Positions 9,986-21,625 of a stretch of 37,661 bases of DNA are shown piece after piece (the stretch's first letter is position 1; every line of letters starts with the position of its first letter). Both the position numbers and the translations under genes were made by a program. The notes under the pieces are model-generated. The model was not told the origin of the DNA and ran no database searches. It worked only from the letters and a program-made list of their open reading frames with translations. The DNA is from Nemertoderma westbladi (taxonomy: Eukaryota > Animalia > Xenacoelomorpha): NCBI GenBank assembly GCA_032718475.1, contig JAUCBJ010001104.1, positions 1-37,661 of the forward strand. Direction: 5' to 3'.

Positions 9986-10914
9986 GTTTTAATATTTACA
10001 TTTACGAGGAAATGAGTTCAATAATGAAACGATGACCTGAGTTCAAAGTAAATACGTTTAATTATTAACCTTCTCCTTCCTCGATCTGATCTGACCGCTA
10101 GGTAGATAATAGGTCTAGGGACGCGGGGTGGATAAAGCATATTTATTTACTGTATTAATGATATGACTCTCGCAAGGACTTGACACCCAGCCCAAACAGC
10201 GATTACCACAGTTAAAGTCGCAACCACATCAGGACTAAACATATGCAAAATGTAACCCCAGACAACCGATCACACTAATTCGTGACATCTTGGATTTGGT
10301 ATCATTTGTAGTAAGGCCCAAAATGGCGCAACAACAAATAGGTACCTAACCTAGCAAGTTCCGATTAACGAGAGGCATACTGTAGATTGCCACGTTTTGC
10401 AGATAAGGCTAGCCAAGTACCGCCTAAATAATTCCCCCCCCCCCCCCCTTATTTCCTCTACGTCTCTCCGTCTGTGATCTCTCGCAGTATCTGACAAACC
10501 TATTACTAAGTGTTAATTGGAGAGTGAGACGAACATTGACCTGCATAAACTTATTCCAACAAAAAATAATAGTTTCTTTAGGATTAGTAAATAAATGGAA
10601 AACTGTTTCAATAAATATATCTGAAAATGTACAAAGCGACTGCACTTCCCCATCACAATTATTAATTATAGCCAAATATTAATAAATTTAAACAAAATAA
10701 TCAGGAACTAAAATAAGAACCAAAGCCAATAATAACAAAACATAAACTACAATTAATTAATTAATCATTCTGTTTCAACGATTTCACCATTTCTTGACAT
10801 TTAACTTGTAATTTAATAAAATATAAATTTGTTAAAAAGCACAATCCACTTCGGCAAAGCTTTGGTTATTTTTAAAAAATGATGGAAATTTATAAATTAA
10901 ATTCCTTAACTGAA

Positions 10915-11821
10915 CTAAGTTACATTCCTTTATCTGAGTTACATTCCTTGTCTGAGTTATATTAAATTTGTCGGAGTTACATTCCCTTTGCCTGAGTCAC
11001 ATTCCCTTTGCCTGAGTCACATTCACTTCGATTGAGTTACATTCACTTCGTCTGAGTTACATTCCATTAGTCTGAGTTACATTCCATTTGTCTGAGTTAC
11101 AACATTCCATTTGTCTGAGTTACATTCCATTTGTCTGAGTTACATTCCATTTGTCTGAGTTACATTCACTTCGCCTGAGTTACATTCACTTCGTCTGAGT
11201 TACATTCCATTAGTCTGAGTTACATTCCATTTGTCTGAGTTACATTCCATTTGTCTGAGTTACATTCCATTTGTCTGAGTTACATTCCATTTGTCTGAGT
11301 TACATTCCATTTGTCTGAGTTACATTCCATTTGTCTGAGTTACATTCACTTCGCCTGAGTTACATTCACTTCGTCTGAGTTACATTCCATTAGTCTGAGT
11401 TACATTCCATTTGTCTGAGTTACAACATTCCATTTGTCTGAGTTACATTCCATTTGTCTGAGTTACATTCCATTTGTCTGAGTTACATTCACTTCGCCTG
11501 AGTTACATTCACTTCGTCTGAGTTACATTCCATTAGTCTGAGTTACATTCCATTTGTCTGAGTTACAACATTCCATTTGTCTGAGTTACATTCCATTTGT
11601 CTGAGTTACATTCAATTTGTCTGAGTTACATTCCATTTGTCGGATCGGAGTCACATTCACTTTGTCTGAGTTACATTCCATTTGTCTGAGTTACATTCCA
11701 TTTGTCTGAGTTACATTCCATTTGTCTGAGTTACATTCCAATTGTGAGAGTTACCTTTGACTAATTTATATGCATTGCCTTCCTTTTGTGAGGTCTACAT
11801 TACTTTTTTTCTGAGTTACAT
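10915..11821. repeat. 20-bp satellite (TCTGAGTTACATTCCATTTG), about 42 copies, with higher-order variant order
   Basis: Lines 11221 and 11281 are identical (3 x 20 bp). The array is continuous to ~11756, with a solo copy at 11810-11821. Confidence 0.97.
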
Positions 11822-11867
11822 CCCGGTACCCTCTGTATAAGTTACATACAGGCGCCCTTTGTATTAA

Positions 11868-14800
11868 TTATACACCGGTACCCTTTGTATGAGGTATATT
11901 CCATTTTGGATCATCCATTGTAACTGAACGAACTCGATGTACTTTAATTAATTCATCCGGATTTTCGCTGTCATAATATCTCAGAAGATCCTGAATAGCT
12001 GAGTCTTCAATTTGAATAACTGCCAGAGGTTTCTTGCTTTGACGATTTTTATAAGCGGAAGTAACTTCTTCGCCTCGTACTATTTCAGAGAAACTGGTAA
12101 CCACATTTTTACCTAAATTTTGGATGTATTTTGGATCAGCGCAATCCCGCCATGGTGATGTTGGTGGAGCATACTGCGAAATCATTGGCGACGTAGGAAC
12201 TTTCCATACGCAATCGGAAGGAGCTGTATCCACCATAGGTTTATTAGCTGCACTGTGAAACTCATCTAATGACATCTTCCGTCGACCCGATTTCCATTTG
12301 CCTTTAGACGATGGGAATCCAAGACTTCCAGAAGACGGCTCCCTGCCCTGTGGCGAAACAATGGATGTTGGAGAAACATTACAAACTGTCAGTGGTGTGG
12401 GATCTACTGGTTTTGTGATGGAAACAGGTGACCGCTGATGAAGTTTATTAAATACCACAGGAATGTCAACTTGATCATCCATTATTTCATTTAGTTTAAT
12501 AATATCGCGAGGTATTTCTGTTGGATCGCTAATTCTCTGCCATGGCGATGATGGTTTTGTATATTGAAGGTCTACTTTACTAGTTTGTTCCACCTTATCT
12601 CCATCTATTGGAGAATATGACGGGTTACTGATTGCACATAAACTTTCACTTTCCAATTGAACATGAAGTTCCTTGTAAACTGGAGATTCTGGAGAATCAT
12701 CTTGAAAATCATGCAATTTCGCTCTTGCCTCCCTAATATGGTCGTCACCAACAATCGTTACATAATCCGATTCATTATAAATATCCGAAAAAATATCAGA
12801 TTTGTCTTTAGATGGAGTAATGTGACGAGATTGAATAGTCCCCCTAAGACTATCCTTGTAACCATCTGATAACTGTTGCAATAAGTCTATATCCAAAGTA
12901 GATAACAAATTAGATTCAATAAAATACGCTAAATTAAAAGAGATGAATTCCGCACAGGATCTCTTCAATTGGTTGGCATTATAATTGTGAGAAAATTCTA
13001 AATATGTCACTACGTTTTTCAAAGATAATTTTGTTGCCAACACACTCTCGCAAATTTCTCTAAGACGAGTAATAAGGAGCTGGTCAGACACAATAAGAAG
13101 ACTACAGACCAAGTCCAGGTCAATATCTGGAGACTCCAATACTAAACAAGTATCTGTGTATAAATATTCCAACACTGGCATCACTAAATAACCGGGGAAG
13201 GGAAGTTTTAATGGGCGATCAGTTGAAGTTTCAAACCAACCAGCATAGAACATTGAGTTAAAATACGCAGAACGACAAGCCAATAAACATTTATGAGATA
13301 AAAGTGGTAAACCATCGCATGATTCAAGTACAACATCGTGTAGATTGGCGAATAAATTCCGCGGAAAAGACATGGGTGATGTTTTGCAAGTAGTAATGGC
13401 ATCAATTAAATTCGAATAGTTGATATTTCTTGCAAAGCATAGTAATTTGATTATCATGTCAGCAGAATTACAACCTAATCTTTGACTGCTTTCTATGTGG
13501 CCCACAGAGTTGCTGTAGATAAACTGTAAAAAATATTTGACAACATCTGGCTCTTCTCCAATATGTACATTTGCGTCTGAACCTTTTGCCTGGATTAAAT
13601 CAAGTACTGATGAACTTCCCAAACGAGATGATATGATATAATTATGGCAGAAAAAAACAGATCCATTTCTTGCTTCAATAATAAGATCGGAAAGTTGATC
13701 ACATTGCCCTGAAGATTTAAGCAATTCGTGCACATCATTGGTCATTGTAGATTGACTTACAACAGGAAGTGACGTCAACCCATGCCTCGGACTAACCTGC
13801 AATGAGCAGTAAGTTTCAGCGCTAGGATTTGAAAAGAAACCAAACGATCGAAATATAAGGGGTATTCGTCCCAATGACATGGAATAGTAGTTAGAATCTA
13901 GTTTACCGTGGGGATTATCGGAACTACCTACTATTGAAAATGCATATGGATCAGAAGCTTTTCTTTGAGATATTTTATTATCGCTCACTGAGGATATCTT
14001 TTTAACCACCAAACGCGATTTATAGCATCGACCATCAATAGTATTAATTAGTAATTCTTCACTATTTACATTGATGTCATAAACATCTACACTTAACCTC
14101 GGTTCAAAGACAACTCTTTGGAATATATTAAGACAGCAATTCCAAATATATATCAACCCATTATCGGCAAGAGCACTCAATGTAAAAGGATGACAGCAGC
14201 TTAAATCTCCCATCTTTTTATTTGTCCAAATCACAATTTTCTCGATTCTAAGACGATTTGAATACCATTTACACATATAATTATAAAGAATGTAAAAGTT
14301 GCCATTTGAAAGTAGACATACAGTTACTATGTCATTTGTTACAACTGATGCAATTAATTGTTTACATTTAACATGAACAGCTGACACGTGAAGAGGTGAA
14401 GTAACCTTATGCATACAATTCTCACTTGTAGGCCCAAACTGTCCATTATTCATACCAAAACAGAAAATATTATCTTTAGAATAAATAATGGAATGATAGT
14501 TCCCAGCAGCAATTCCAATTATATCATTACCATACAAATGGGACACATTTATTAGTCGTGGCTTTAAACACATCTCAGGGGGTGGTAAATGGCCCAACTG
14601 GTGATAATCATTTTTACCACATGTAAGAACATTGTGATTCATAAGTAGCAATATGGTATGGTCACAACCAACTGCGACATCAATGACATATTTGCTCAAC
14701 ATCAAATGTGGTGCTACACATGACTCTTCCTTTCCAGTGCCCAGACGCCCTCCCTTCCCATAACCACATGAAAATGCTTTGCCACATTCTGTGAGAAATA

Positions 14801-15395
14801 TGGAATGAAATTTAGACATGTCAACTTTTATCACATTCAAATTATTTGTCAAAAACATATCAATTTCTTGCGGTTGTCCCTTGCTTGTACTAAGCTCATG
14901 GCCTAAATTATAATTGAAGTTTGTTCCCCAAGTGTAGCATTCGAAAGACAGAAAGCCGCGCAGCTTCTTCAATTTGTATGTATATGGTTTATCCATTACT
15001 ATCAAATCTAAAGGGGACTGTCCACAGAAATCCACAAGGTTCATGTCAGCTCCCATTTTAAGTAGCTGTACAAAACAAGCAATGTTACCATGGAAGATGG
15101 CGTATGCTAATGGTGTCCAACCAGATTCACAGCAACGCGCATTAAGTAGACCTGGTTTTATCTTTTCTTTAAGATAAGATAATAAATCAATGTTTCCTGT
15201 AGCTGCTGCCATATGCAAGATGGACCGACCAAGCCAATCACGTTGATGAACCCATTCGTTAACCTTTGTACTTCTAAAATTGAGGAAACTGAGTATTTCA
15301 TCCAGGGGCTTCCTGTGTGTAATGATATCCCAGCAAATAGGAGCAACCTTCCCCTTATGCTTATTGCGAACTTTCTTTAAACTTTGAGATGACAT
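11868..15395 (-). CDS. IBTK: Inhibitor of Bruton tyrosine kinase (ankyrin repeats, RCC1 repeats, two BTB domains; CUL3 adaptor)
   Basis: ANK: GRSILHMAAATG and ESGWTPLAYAIFHGNIAC...GQSPLDL. RCC1: YTWGTNFNYNLGH, CGYGKGGRLG and CGKNDYHQLGH. BTB: FFCHNYIISSR and SHKCLLACRSAYFNSMFYAGWFE. The C-terminal KPLAVIQIEDSAIQDLLRYY is characteristic of IBTK. The ORF is an uninterrupted 1175 aa. Confidence 0.93.
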   Translation of the reverse strand: MSSQSLKKVRNKHKGKVAPICWDIITHRKPLDEILSFLNFRSTKVNEWVHQRDWLGRSILHMAAATGNIDLLSYLKEKIKPGLLNARCCESGWTPLAYAIFHGNIACFVQLLKMGADMNLVDFCGQSPLDLIVMDKPYTYKLKKLRGFLSFECYTWGTNFNYNLGHELSTSKGQPQEIDMFLTNNLNVIKVDMSKFHSIFLTECGKAFSCGYGKGGRLGTGKEESCVAPHLMLSKYVIDVAVGCDHTILLLMNHNVLTCGKNDYHQLGHLPPPEMCLKPRLINVSHLYGNDIIGIAAGNYHSIIYSKDNIFCFGMNNGQFGPTSENCMHKVTSPLHVSAVHVKCKQLIASVVTNDIVTVCLLSNGNFYILYNYMCKWYSNRLRIEKIVIWTNKKMGDLSCCHPFTLSALADNGLIYIWNCCLNIFQRVVFEPRLSVDVYDINVNSEELLINTIDGRCYKSRLVVKKISSVSDNKISQRKASDPYAFSIVGSSDNPHGKLDSNYYSMSLGRIPLIFRSFGFFSNPSAETYCSLQVSPRHGLTSLPVVSQSTMTNDVHELLKSSGQCDQLSDLIIEARNGSVFFCHNYIISSRLGSSSVLDLIQAKGSDANVHIGEEPDVVKYFLQFIYSNSVGHIESSQRLGCNSADMIIKLLCFARNINYSNLIDAITTCKTSPMSFPRNLFANLHDVVLESCDGLPLLSHKCLLACRSAYFNSMFYAGWFETSTDRPLKLPFPGYLVMPVLEYLYTDTCLVLESPDIDLDLVCSLLIVSDQLLITRLREICESVLATKLSLKNVVTYLEFSHNYNANQLKRSCAEFISFNLAYFIESNLLSTLDIDLLQQLSDGYKDSLRGTIQSRHITPSKDKSDIFSDIYNESDYVTIVGDDHIREARAKLHDFQDDSPESPVYKELHVQLESESLCAISNPSYSPIDGDKVEQTSKVDLQYTKPSSPWQRISDPTEIPRDIIKLNEIMDDQVDIPVVFNKLHQRSPVSITKPVDPTPLTVCNVSPTSIVSPQGREPSSGSLGFPSSKGKWKSGRRKMSLDEFHSAANKPMVDTAPSDCVWKVPTSPMISQYAPPTSPWRDCADPKYIQNLGKNVVTSFSEIVRGEEVTSAYKNRQSKKPLAVIQIEDSAIQDLLRYYDSENPDELIKVHRVRSVTMDDPKWNIPHTKGTGV

Positions 15396-16612
15396 TTCGA
15401 GATTTAAAATATTGAACGTCAGAGAATCTCTGAATAGAAGTACATCTGTCTCTAATCTCTATATGCCCAATTCACGTGACTATTATTCTCGTTTTTACTG
15501 GTAATATTCAACATAAACAAAATTTAATAAGATGACTCTATATTTAAACTATACGCTTATATGTCATCCCATCTCCCATACACCAATGTGATAATTGGCG
15601 GATTGGTACCCAAGCGAGATATTCTGCTAGTACCCCATATTGGGGAATCTAGGAGTTTTCATTCCATGCCCATAATTGTCATCGGTTTTTCCTCATTTAG
15701 AAGTTGAAATAAAATAATGACATGAGCCACAAACAATATCTTTAACTAGGTCGACAAATACGTTAATGATAGGCATGGCCATATTCAGATATTATTCAGT
15801 TATTGGAAATAATCATAGTCACATGGGGTATACAGAAATACGGTCGCATCATAATATATTAAATAAATTGGAGTTGACAGGTTGAGCCGCAATATAATAT
15901 AGGCTTATTTACAATTTATCGGGTTTAGTACCTGGTACTACTTTGGTAGGCCTATTTTCCTATTATTGCCTAGGTCCTTTATACTGATATAGGAGGCCTA
16001 CTGCGTACTGCTGTACTGATGATACATAAAAAAAACACTACAGCACTAGTGGAGTGCAGAGTGACATGCTAATTGCCTAAAGAGCTGATCTGGAAAACTA
16101 CCGCTACCGCACTACCATACCTGCATACCGGTGTGTTTTTTTAGCACATATGTTTATAAGTTTTTATATAGAGTGAAAATGCATAACCTAGGCCAGTCTG
16201 CCAGTACACAGTATGTAGGCATAATTCAGATCAGCAGATTGCAATTCAGCAATTGCAAATAAGCCGGCATACTGCAGTACTGTATCTAGCTCAGTACAGC
16301 AGTAGCTGCGGTACAGTCAGTCATGTTTCGGGAACCTACAAATGAGTTGTATGTTATGACAAGTCCCTAAAAGGTGCCACCCTGCTCCATAGCGCGGGGA
16401 ATTCAAATGATTAAAAGACATGTAATTTATACTGCAAAGGCAGAAAGGGTGGCAGATCAGATCTACCACCTATATTTTGGCGGTAAATTCAAATCTGTTT
16501 TAACTTTGAATACATGAATAGAGTAAGACTAATTTAATTCATTGAATCAGAATAAATTATTTCTTATCGGTTTAACTCACTCATCCGTTATTGTTGTTGT
16601 TTAATCTATTCT

Positions 16613-16772
16613 GGGGCTTCGAGCAGCACGTGAACAACTAAGCTGACTGGTTAACTAGTCTGGGACTTCGAGCAGTACGTGAACAACTAAGCTGACTGGT
16701 TAACTAGTCTGGGACTTCGAGCAGCACGTGAACAACTAAGCTAACTGGTTAACAAGTCTGGGACTTCGAGCA
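16613..16772 (+). repeat. 49-bp tandem repeat, left arm of the Foldback element (about 3.3 copies)
   Basis: GGGACTTCGAGCAGCACGTGAACAACTAAGCTGACTGGTTAACTAGTCT, period 49 (16621, 16670, 16719). Confidence 0.9.
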
Positions 16773-16992
16773 AAATTGAAAATTATATTAATAAAATAAA
16801 ATAAAAAAAATAAAATAAAATAAAAAAATAATAAAAATGAAATAATATTTCAATCACAAACTGTACACAGTGTGCTACATAATGTACGTGGGTACGTACT
16901 AAAAGGTCAAGGAGCTAGAGCATTAGACTTCATACCTTAAACTTCTTACTGTAGTAGTAAATACAGTACTTCTACTGTAATAACATTTCAGT

Positions 16993-17350
16993 TTAGTTGT
17001 TCACGTGCTGCTCGAAGTCCCAGACTAGTTAACCAGTCAGCTTAGTTGTTCACGTGCTGCTCGAAGTCCCAGACTAGTTAACCAGTCAGCTTATTTGTCC
17101 ACGTGCTGCTCGAAGTCCCAGACTAGTTAACCAGTCAGGTTAGTTGTTCACGTGCTGCTCGAAGTCCTAGACTAGTGAAGTCCCAGACTAGTTAACCAGT
17201 CAACTTAGTTGTCCACGTGCTGCTCGAAGTCCCAGACTAGTTAACCAGTCAGGTTAGTTGTTCACGTGCTGCTCGAAGTCCCAGACTAGTGAAGTCTTAG
17301 ACTAGTTAACCAGTCAGCTTAGTTTGTTTATGTGCTGCTCTTCGAAGCCC
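16993..17350 (-). repeat. 49-bp tandem repeat, right arm of the Foldback element (about 7 copies, inverted)
   Basis: Reverse complement of the left-arm unit, with two short partial duplications. Confidence 0.9.
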
Positions 17351-20300
17351 CAGAATAGATAAAACAACAACAATAACGGATGAGTGAGTTAAACCGATAA
17401 GAAATAATTTATTCTGATTCAATGAATTACATTTTAGTCTTACTCTCTTCATGTAGGGTATTCAATGTTAAAACAGATTTGAATTTACCGCCAAAATATA
17501 GGTGGCAGATCTGATCTGCCACCCTTTCTAGTACAAATTAAATGTATTTCAATCATTTGAATTTCCCGCGCTATGGAGCAGGGTGGCACCTTTTAGGGAC
17601 TTGTGTATGTTATGGGTATATTAAATAGGCCTATTTGATTTATATTTTTGGTTAAGGCGTAAGGTTAGGCTGTTAGGCTAGTTAATACTAAGGCCTTAGG
17701 GTTGTAGGGTACTAGGTGCTAGGCTACCCCTAACAGCCTAACTGCCTAATTCAGTAATTAAAACTGTAATTTAGGCCTACAGGCACAGGGTAGGCCTACA
17801 GCGTACTGGCAGACTGGCGTACAGGTAAATAAATTATTTTTTACTTTTGAAACAAGAAATGGTGAAACAAATATATTACCGGTAGCGGCTGAGCGGTGTT
17901 CGGTGTAGGCAGGTAGGCCTAATACAGTAATAGTAATAGGCCTACTGCAGTACTGTAATATGTATGTATGGCTGTACGGTAAGCCTATGTTCTAGTTTAG
18001 TTGAATCATATCAGCATATGACTGTGCTGTATGGCATATCTGCATATGGCAGTACAGCAGTACAGCCTGACAGCAGTATGCAGTACAGCAGTATGCTGGT
18101 ATGGTAGCGGAGCGGTAGGTAGGCCTACTTCAGTACTTCTGTACTTACTTGTACTTGTACTTAAAGAGCTGCTCGGGGCTCGGCACTTTTTCCTCACTCT
18201 CAGGTCGACAACCTGGTGCCTTGAGGCTTGAGCAACCCATGCTGCACACAGTCTACTGAATTAATTGTTTTCCTCCTTCTACCGTACTTGTTATTCACGA
18301 TATTTAACAATTTTGCTTGCTTTAAATTAAACAAACTTTTCACCCTTTTACCCAAACACCTTTACCTTACATTGGGAGCCGTCACTTATTAGTTGAACTC
18401 CTTTGGCAACTATGGCGTTACAACATCGAAGGCGACTCTCTCTCTAAACTAAAACGCCCAGATTTCGCCACAACGGTTATTATTGATGTCGAAAAGGCGA
18501 CCAGTCGTCTGTCAGGATTACCACTGCCCACTGCGGACTGCAGCACTGGACCCGGATTAGAACAATGACCTCCCACAAAGCCCTGCTTCATAGCGAAAAC
18601 AACAAGTCCATACTGCTGCTACCTACTGTACTATCAGACTATCGGCATGCTGCATTGTAGCTGAATTATATGCAGTATATTACATATATATTAAAAATGC
18701 TGTGGCGGCTTGTTGACAAAATTACTCTTCCACAACTCATCACCCATGACATAGATAATCCAAATCTTCAACATTCAAGGCCTGTGTCCTTTAAAGAAGC
18801 ATCTCAAGAAAGTAATGGGCTGTCCACCATGCTTATTCCTGTATTCACTCGATGATGCCGCCAAAGCACAAGTTATGCACTGGTTGGGGGATCATCCTGT
18901 TTAGCAGTTTAGTAAAGGAGCAGGTTACAGAGGCGAGTTGAAAGGAACCAAAACAATAAACGAGAGTTATGAATATTGTAGAATAGCAAACCAAATTTGA
19001 AACCAAATTTAATTGAGAATCAACAGTCAGATGTATCGGCATACCGGAACTCTGAAAAGCCTAGAGCGCTGGCGGCCCCCAAACAGGATAGAGCCCTCAC
19101 GGTGAAAGCAATATCCCCCAAAGCGGAGGCCGTTCTGTTCAAGTGTCAAGCTAGGGAGGGGGAACTAATGAAACACCTCAAATTGCCAATGTTGTATAGA
19201 TAGGAGAGTCTGATTGGAGATGTGTTCATTGTACTGTTGTACTTACTGTACTGTATAACTGATTCATTTGTACTTATTCATTGTACTTGACACAATGAAT
19301 CCGACGCAGCATTCTTGTGAAAGTGTCATCCAGAGATTTGGTAATCTCTACAGTTAGAGCCCAGCATGGACTCCCAAGTGCCAACAAGAACAAGTCTATA
19401 TATCATAGGAAAGCACCAAAACATGTAGTTGCTTTTGCATTTCCCTGTGACAGCAGCGGATAAACTGCGAGTTATTAACAATATATATCAGAAATTTAAC
19501 ATCACAAAGCTGGAAAACACTAGGCACTTGCGCTCAGTGCAGGTCCTGCTCATGAGTCCGATGTCTGAGTGGATTAATGGGCAGCATACAAGCGGGCTGG
19601 GAGACCTGTAAGTATTCTGATGAACAATTTATACAGTACATATTGTAATTCATTAAAATTAACTTTATGAGTATGACGTTTGTACAGTACAGTATTCAGT
19701 AATAGCCAGTGGCGACAGGCTGATAGCATTGAAGAGAGGAGGAAAGGCTGCAGCAAACCATCGTAAGATAACATACAGTACATGTACATAGTACAACATA
19801 CAGGCCTGTATTCCCAAATGAAAGCCAATAGAGGCAGTAGTAGCTGTGATCATAATGCATAATAATGCATTACTGCATCATAATGAGCATTGATATGCTG
19901 ATGTACAGTACATGTTGTGCTGGGGTACCGATGGTGGTTGCTTGAGCAGATATACTCTCATCAAATTGTGCGTGATGCAAAATTTATTTGCGGGATCATG
20001 ATTATTATTAATTTTGCGCGTGTGCATTTACTTTACTTATTTTTTCAAGATCCCGCAATAACTATTGTTGTTTTGATATCAACAACTGATCGTAGATACA
20101 GTAAGTACATTACATCATCAGTTGAATATTTCAGCCATAATTTGCCACAGAGGTTAAAGAAAAATCATAGGCTCTGATCCATGGCAGATACTGTATGTAC
20201 GATATAATATTACTGTGCTGTATCATATGGGCCGCGTTCTCAAGTCAACCACTTGGGGAGGGCGAAATATTTTAAAATCAGAAAATCATGATCCATTTCG

Positions 20301-20526
20301 CTGCTAATCCCTTTCGAGTTGAGGTCTGCACACTGTTCTGCGCCCTTTGTTGTGCACTTGAGGTCTGCATAATGTATCTCTCACATGTGCTGCATGAAGG
20401 CCGCAATTTATACCACAGTTTATACTCAATAATCTATACTGTATTAGCAAGGTGATATATTGATTGGCACAGGAGTATTAATAATTTTGACTTTTATACT
20501 GTGCTATTATACTGTAGTATATACAG

Positions 20527-20625
20527 TATTATATATCTAAGCTCAAATTGTGTATATGTATGTTTGTTTTTTCCTCTTATCTCCTCCTAAACAACTGGCT
20601 CTCGCGATATGGGGAAAATACCGTT
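20527..20625 (+). mobile_element. Helitron-like 5' terminal sequence
   Basis: TATTATATATCTAAGCTCAAATTGTGTATATGTATGTTTGTTT...ATCTCCTCCTAAACAACTGG resembles the 5' ends of non-autonomous animal Helitrons. The matching 3' CTRR end was not found. Confidence 0.3.
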
Positions 20626-21348
20626 GGATTCAGCGTGGTCCTGGGCTCTGTATAAATTAATTTTCACCGACAGGCAGTGAATATTTTCGATACTTTTAGT
20701 ACTTTTTTGGTATTTATTGCAATTCGATTAGTGTCTTTAATTCTGAGATACGAACACAGTTAATAACTAGTGGCGTGCAAGCACGCGGAATGTATAAATC
20801 TTCAATCTTCGTTTCCATCTCATGATTCTATTACACCAATTGCAATTGTTGTAGTACTACTACTGTACTACATCATTACTAAAATTCATTCTCGCCCTTA
20901 CCGTGACTGAGAAGGCTAGCAGCTGTATAAAATATTTAACACACACGAATGCTACCGATGAAGAATTTCAAGTTTGTAAGGGTTGGAGTTTAGGAAGTAG
21001 GGCCTAAGCAAACAGTATGGGTGTAGGCCTACTAAGTACACGTTCGTGGGGCTTTCGCGCAGTAAGAGAGCCTATATTATAAAGTACTGTATACTAGACT
21101 CTATTATACGAAAACCGTCTTTCCCAAAATATATATGATTGATTGCGATGCTATCAGTTTGTGATAAACTAGTTGTAAAAACAGAGGTCATTTCCGTTTG
21201 CCCTTACACGCTTTAACTGTCATTTGTAAAGCTTCTAACTAGGGCTATTTAATTTAAGTATGATATACTCTTCTCCTTCATTAGCCTCTATGCGCTCATC
21301 TTGTGTTGTCTTAAAATAATTTTCCTAAACGGATACTTACGACCTTTA

Positions 21349-21553
21349 TGTGTAGTATCCCCTACGTAACATCCGCCTACATAAGCCCTACGCCTATGGC
21401 CCGCTAGATGGCGTAGCTTATCTTATTATTATTATATTATGTTTTATATATCGGTACATCCTTCCTGATTATACAGCAGTACATACGTACTACTGTCTGA
21501 CTGACTGTACTACGGCTGTCTGCATTGCTGCACCCTGCCCCCCTGATTAGTCA
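21349..21553 (+). repeat. 5' LTR (205 bp)
   Basis: TGTGTAGTATCC...TGATTAGTCA, identical by eye to 26126-26330. Confidence 0.96.
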
Positions 21554-21573
21554 TGGCGCAGCTTTAGGTTCGA
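21554..21573 (+). promoter_or_regulatory. Primer binding site, tRNA-Ser(UGA)-like
   Basis: TGGCGCAGC directly after the LTR is complementary to the ...GCUGCG-CCA end of animal tRNA-Ser(UGA), and GGTTCGA follows. Confidence 0.7.
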
Positions 21574-21625
21574 CCTACCTACACCACCCAACTCACTCAA
21601 CGCCAATCTGCCAACACTACTGAAG

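Larger units (their letters stand above)
16359..17604. mobile_element. Foldback-type (MULE-like) non-autonomous DNA transposon with long modular TIRs
   Basis: Ends ACAAGTCCCTAAAAGGTGCCACCCTGCTCCATAGCGCGGG / reverse complement. About 255 bp of unique outer IR is followed by inner 49-bp arrays. Perfect 10-bp TSD GTATGTTATG at 16349-16358 and 17605-17614. Confidence 0.92.

Noticed and set aside
18200-20400. Several ORFs of 60-86 aa
   Set aside because: They are short, show no motifs and are consistent with non-coding DNA. Small exons cannot be excluded without RNA data.
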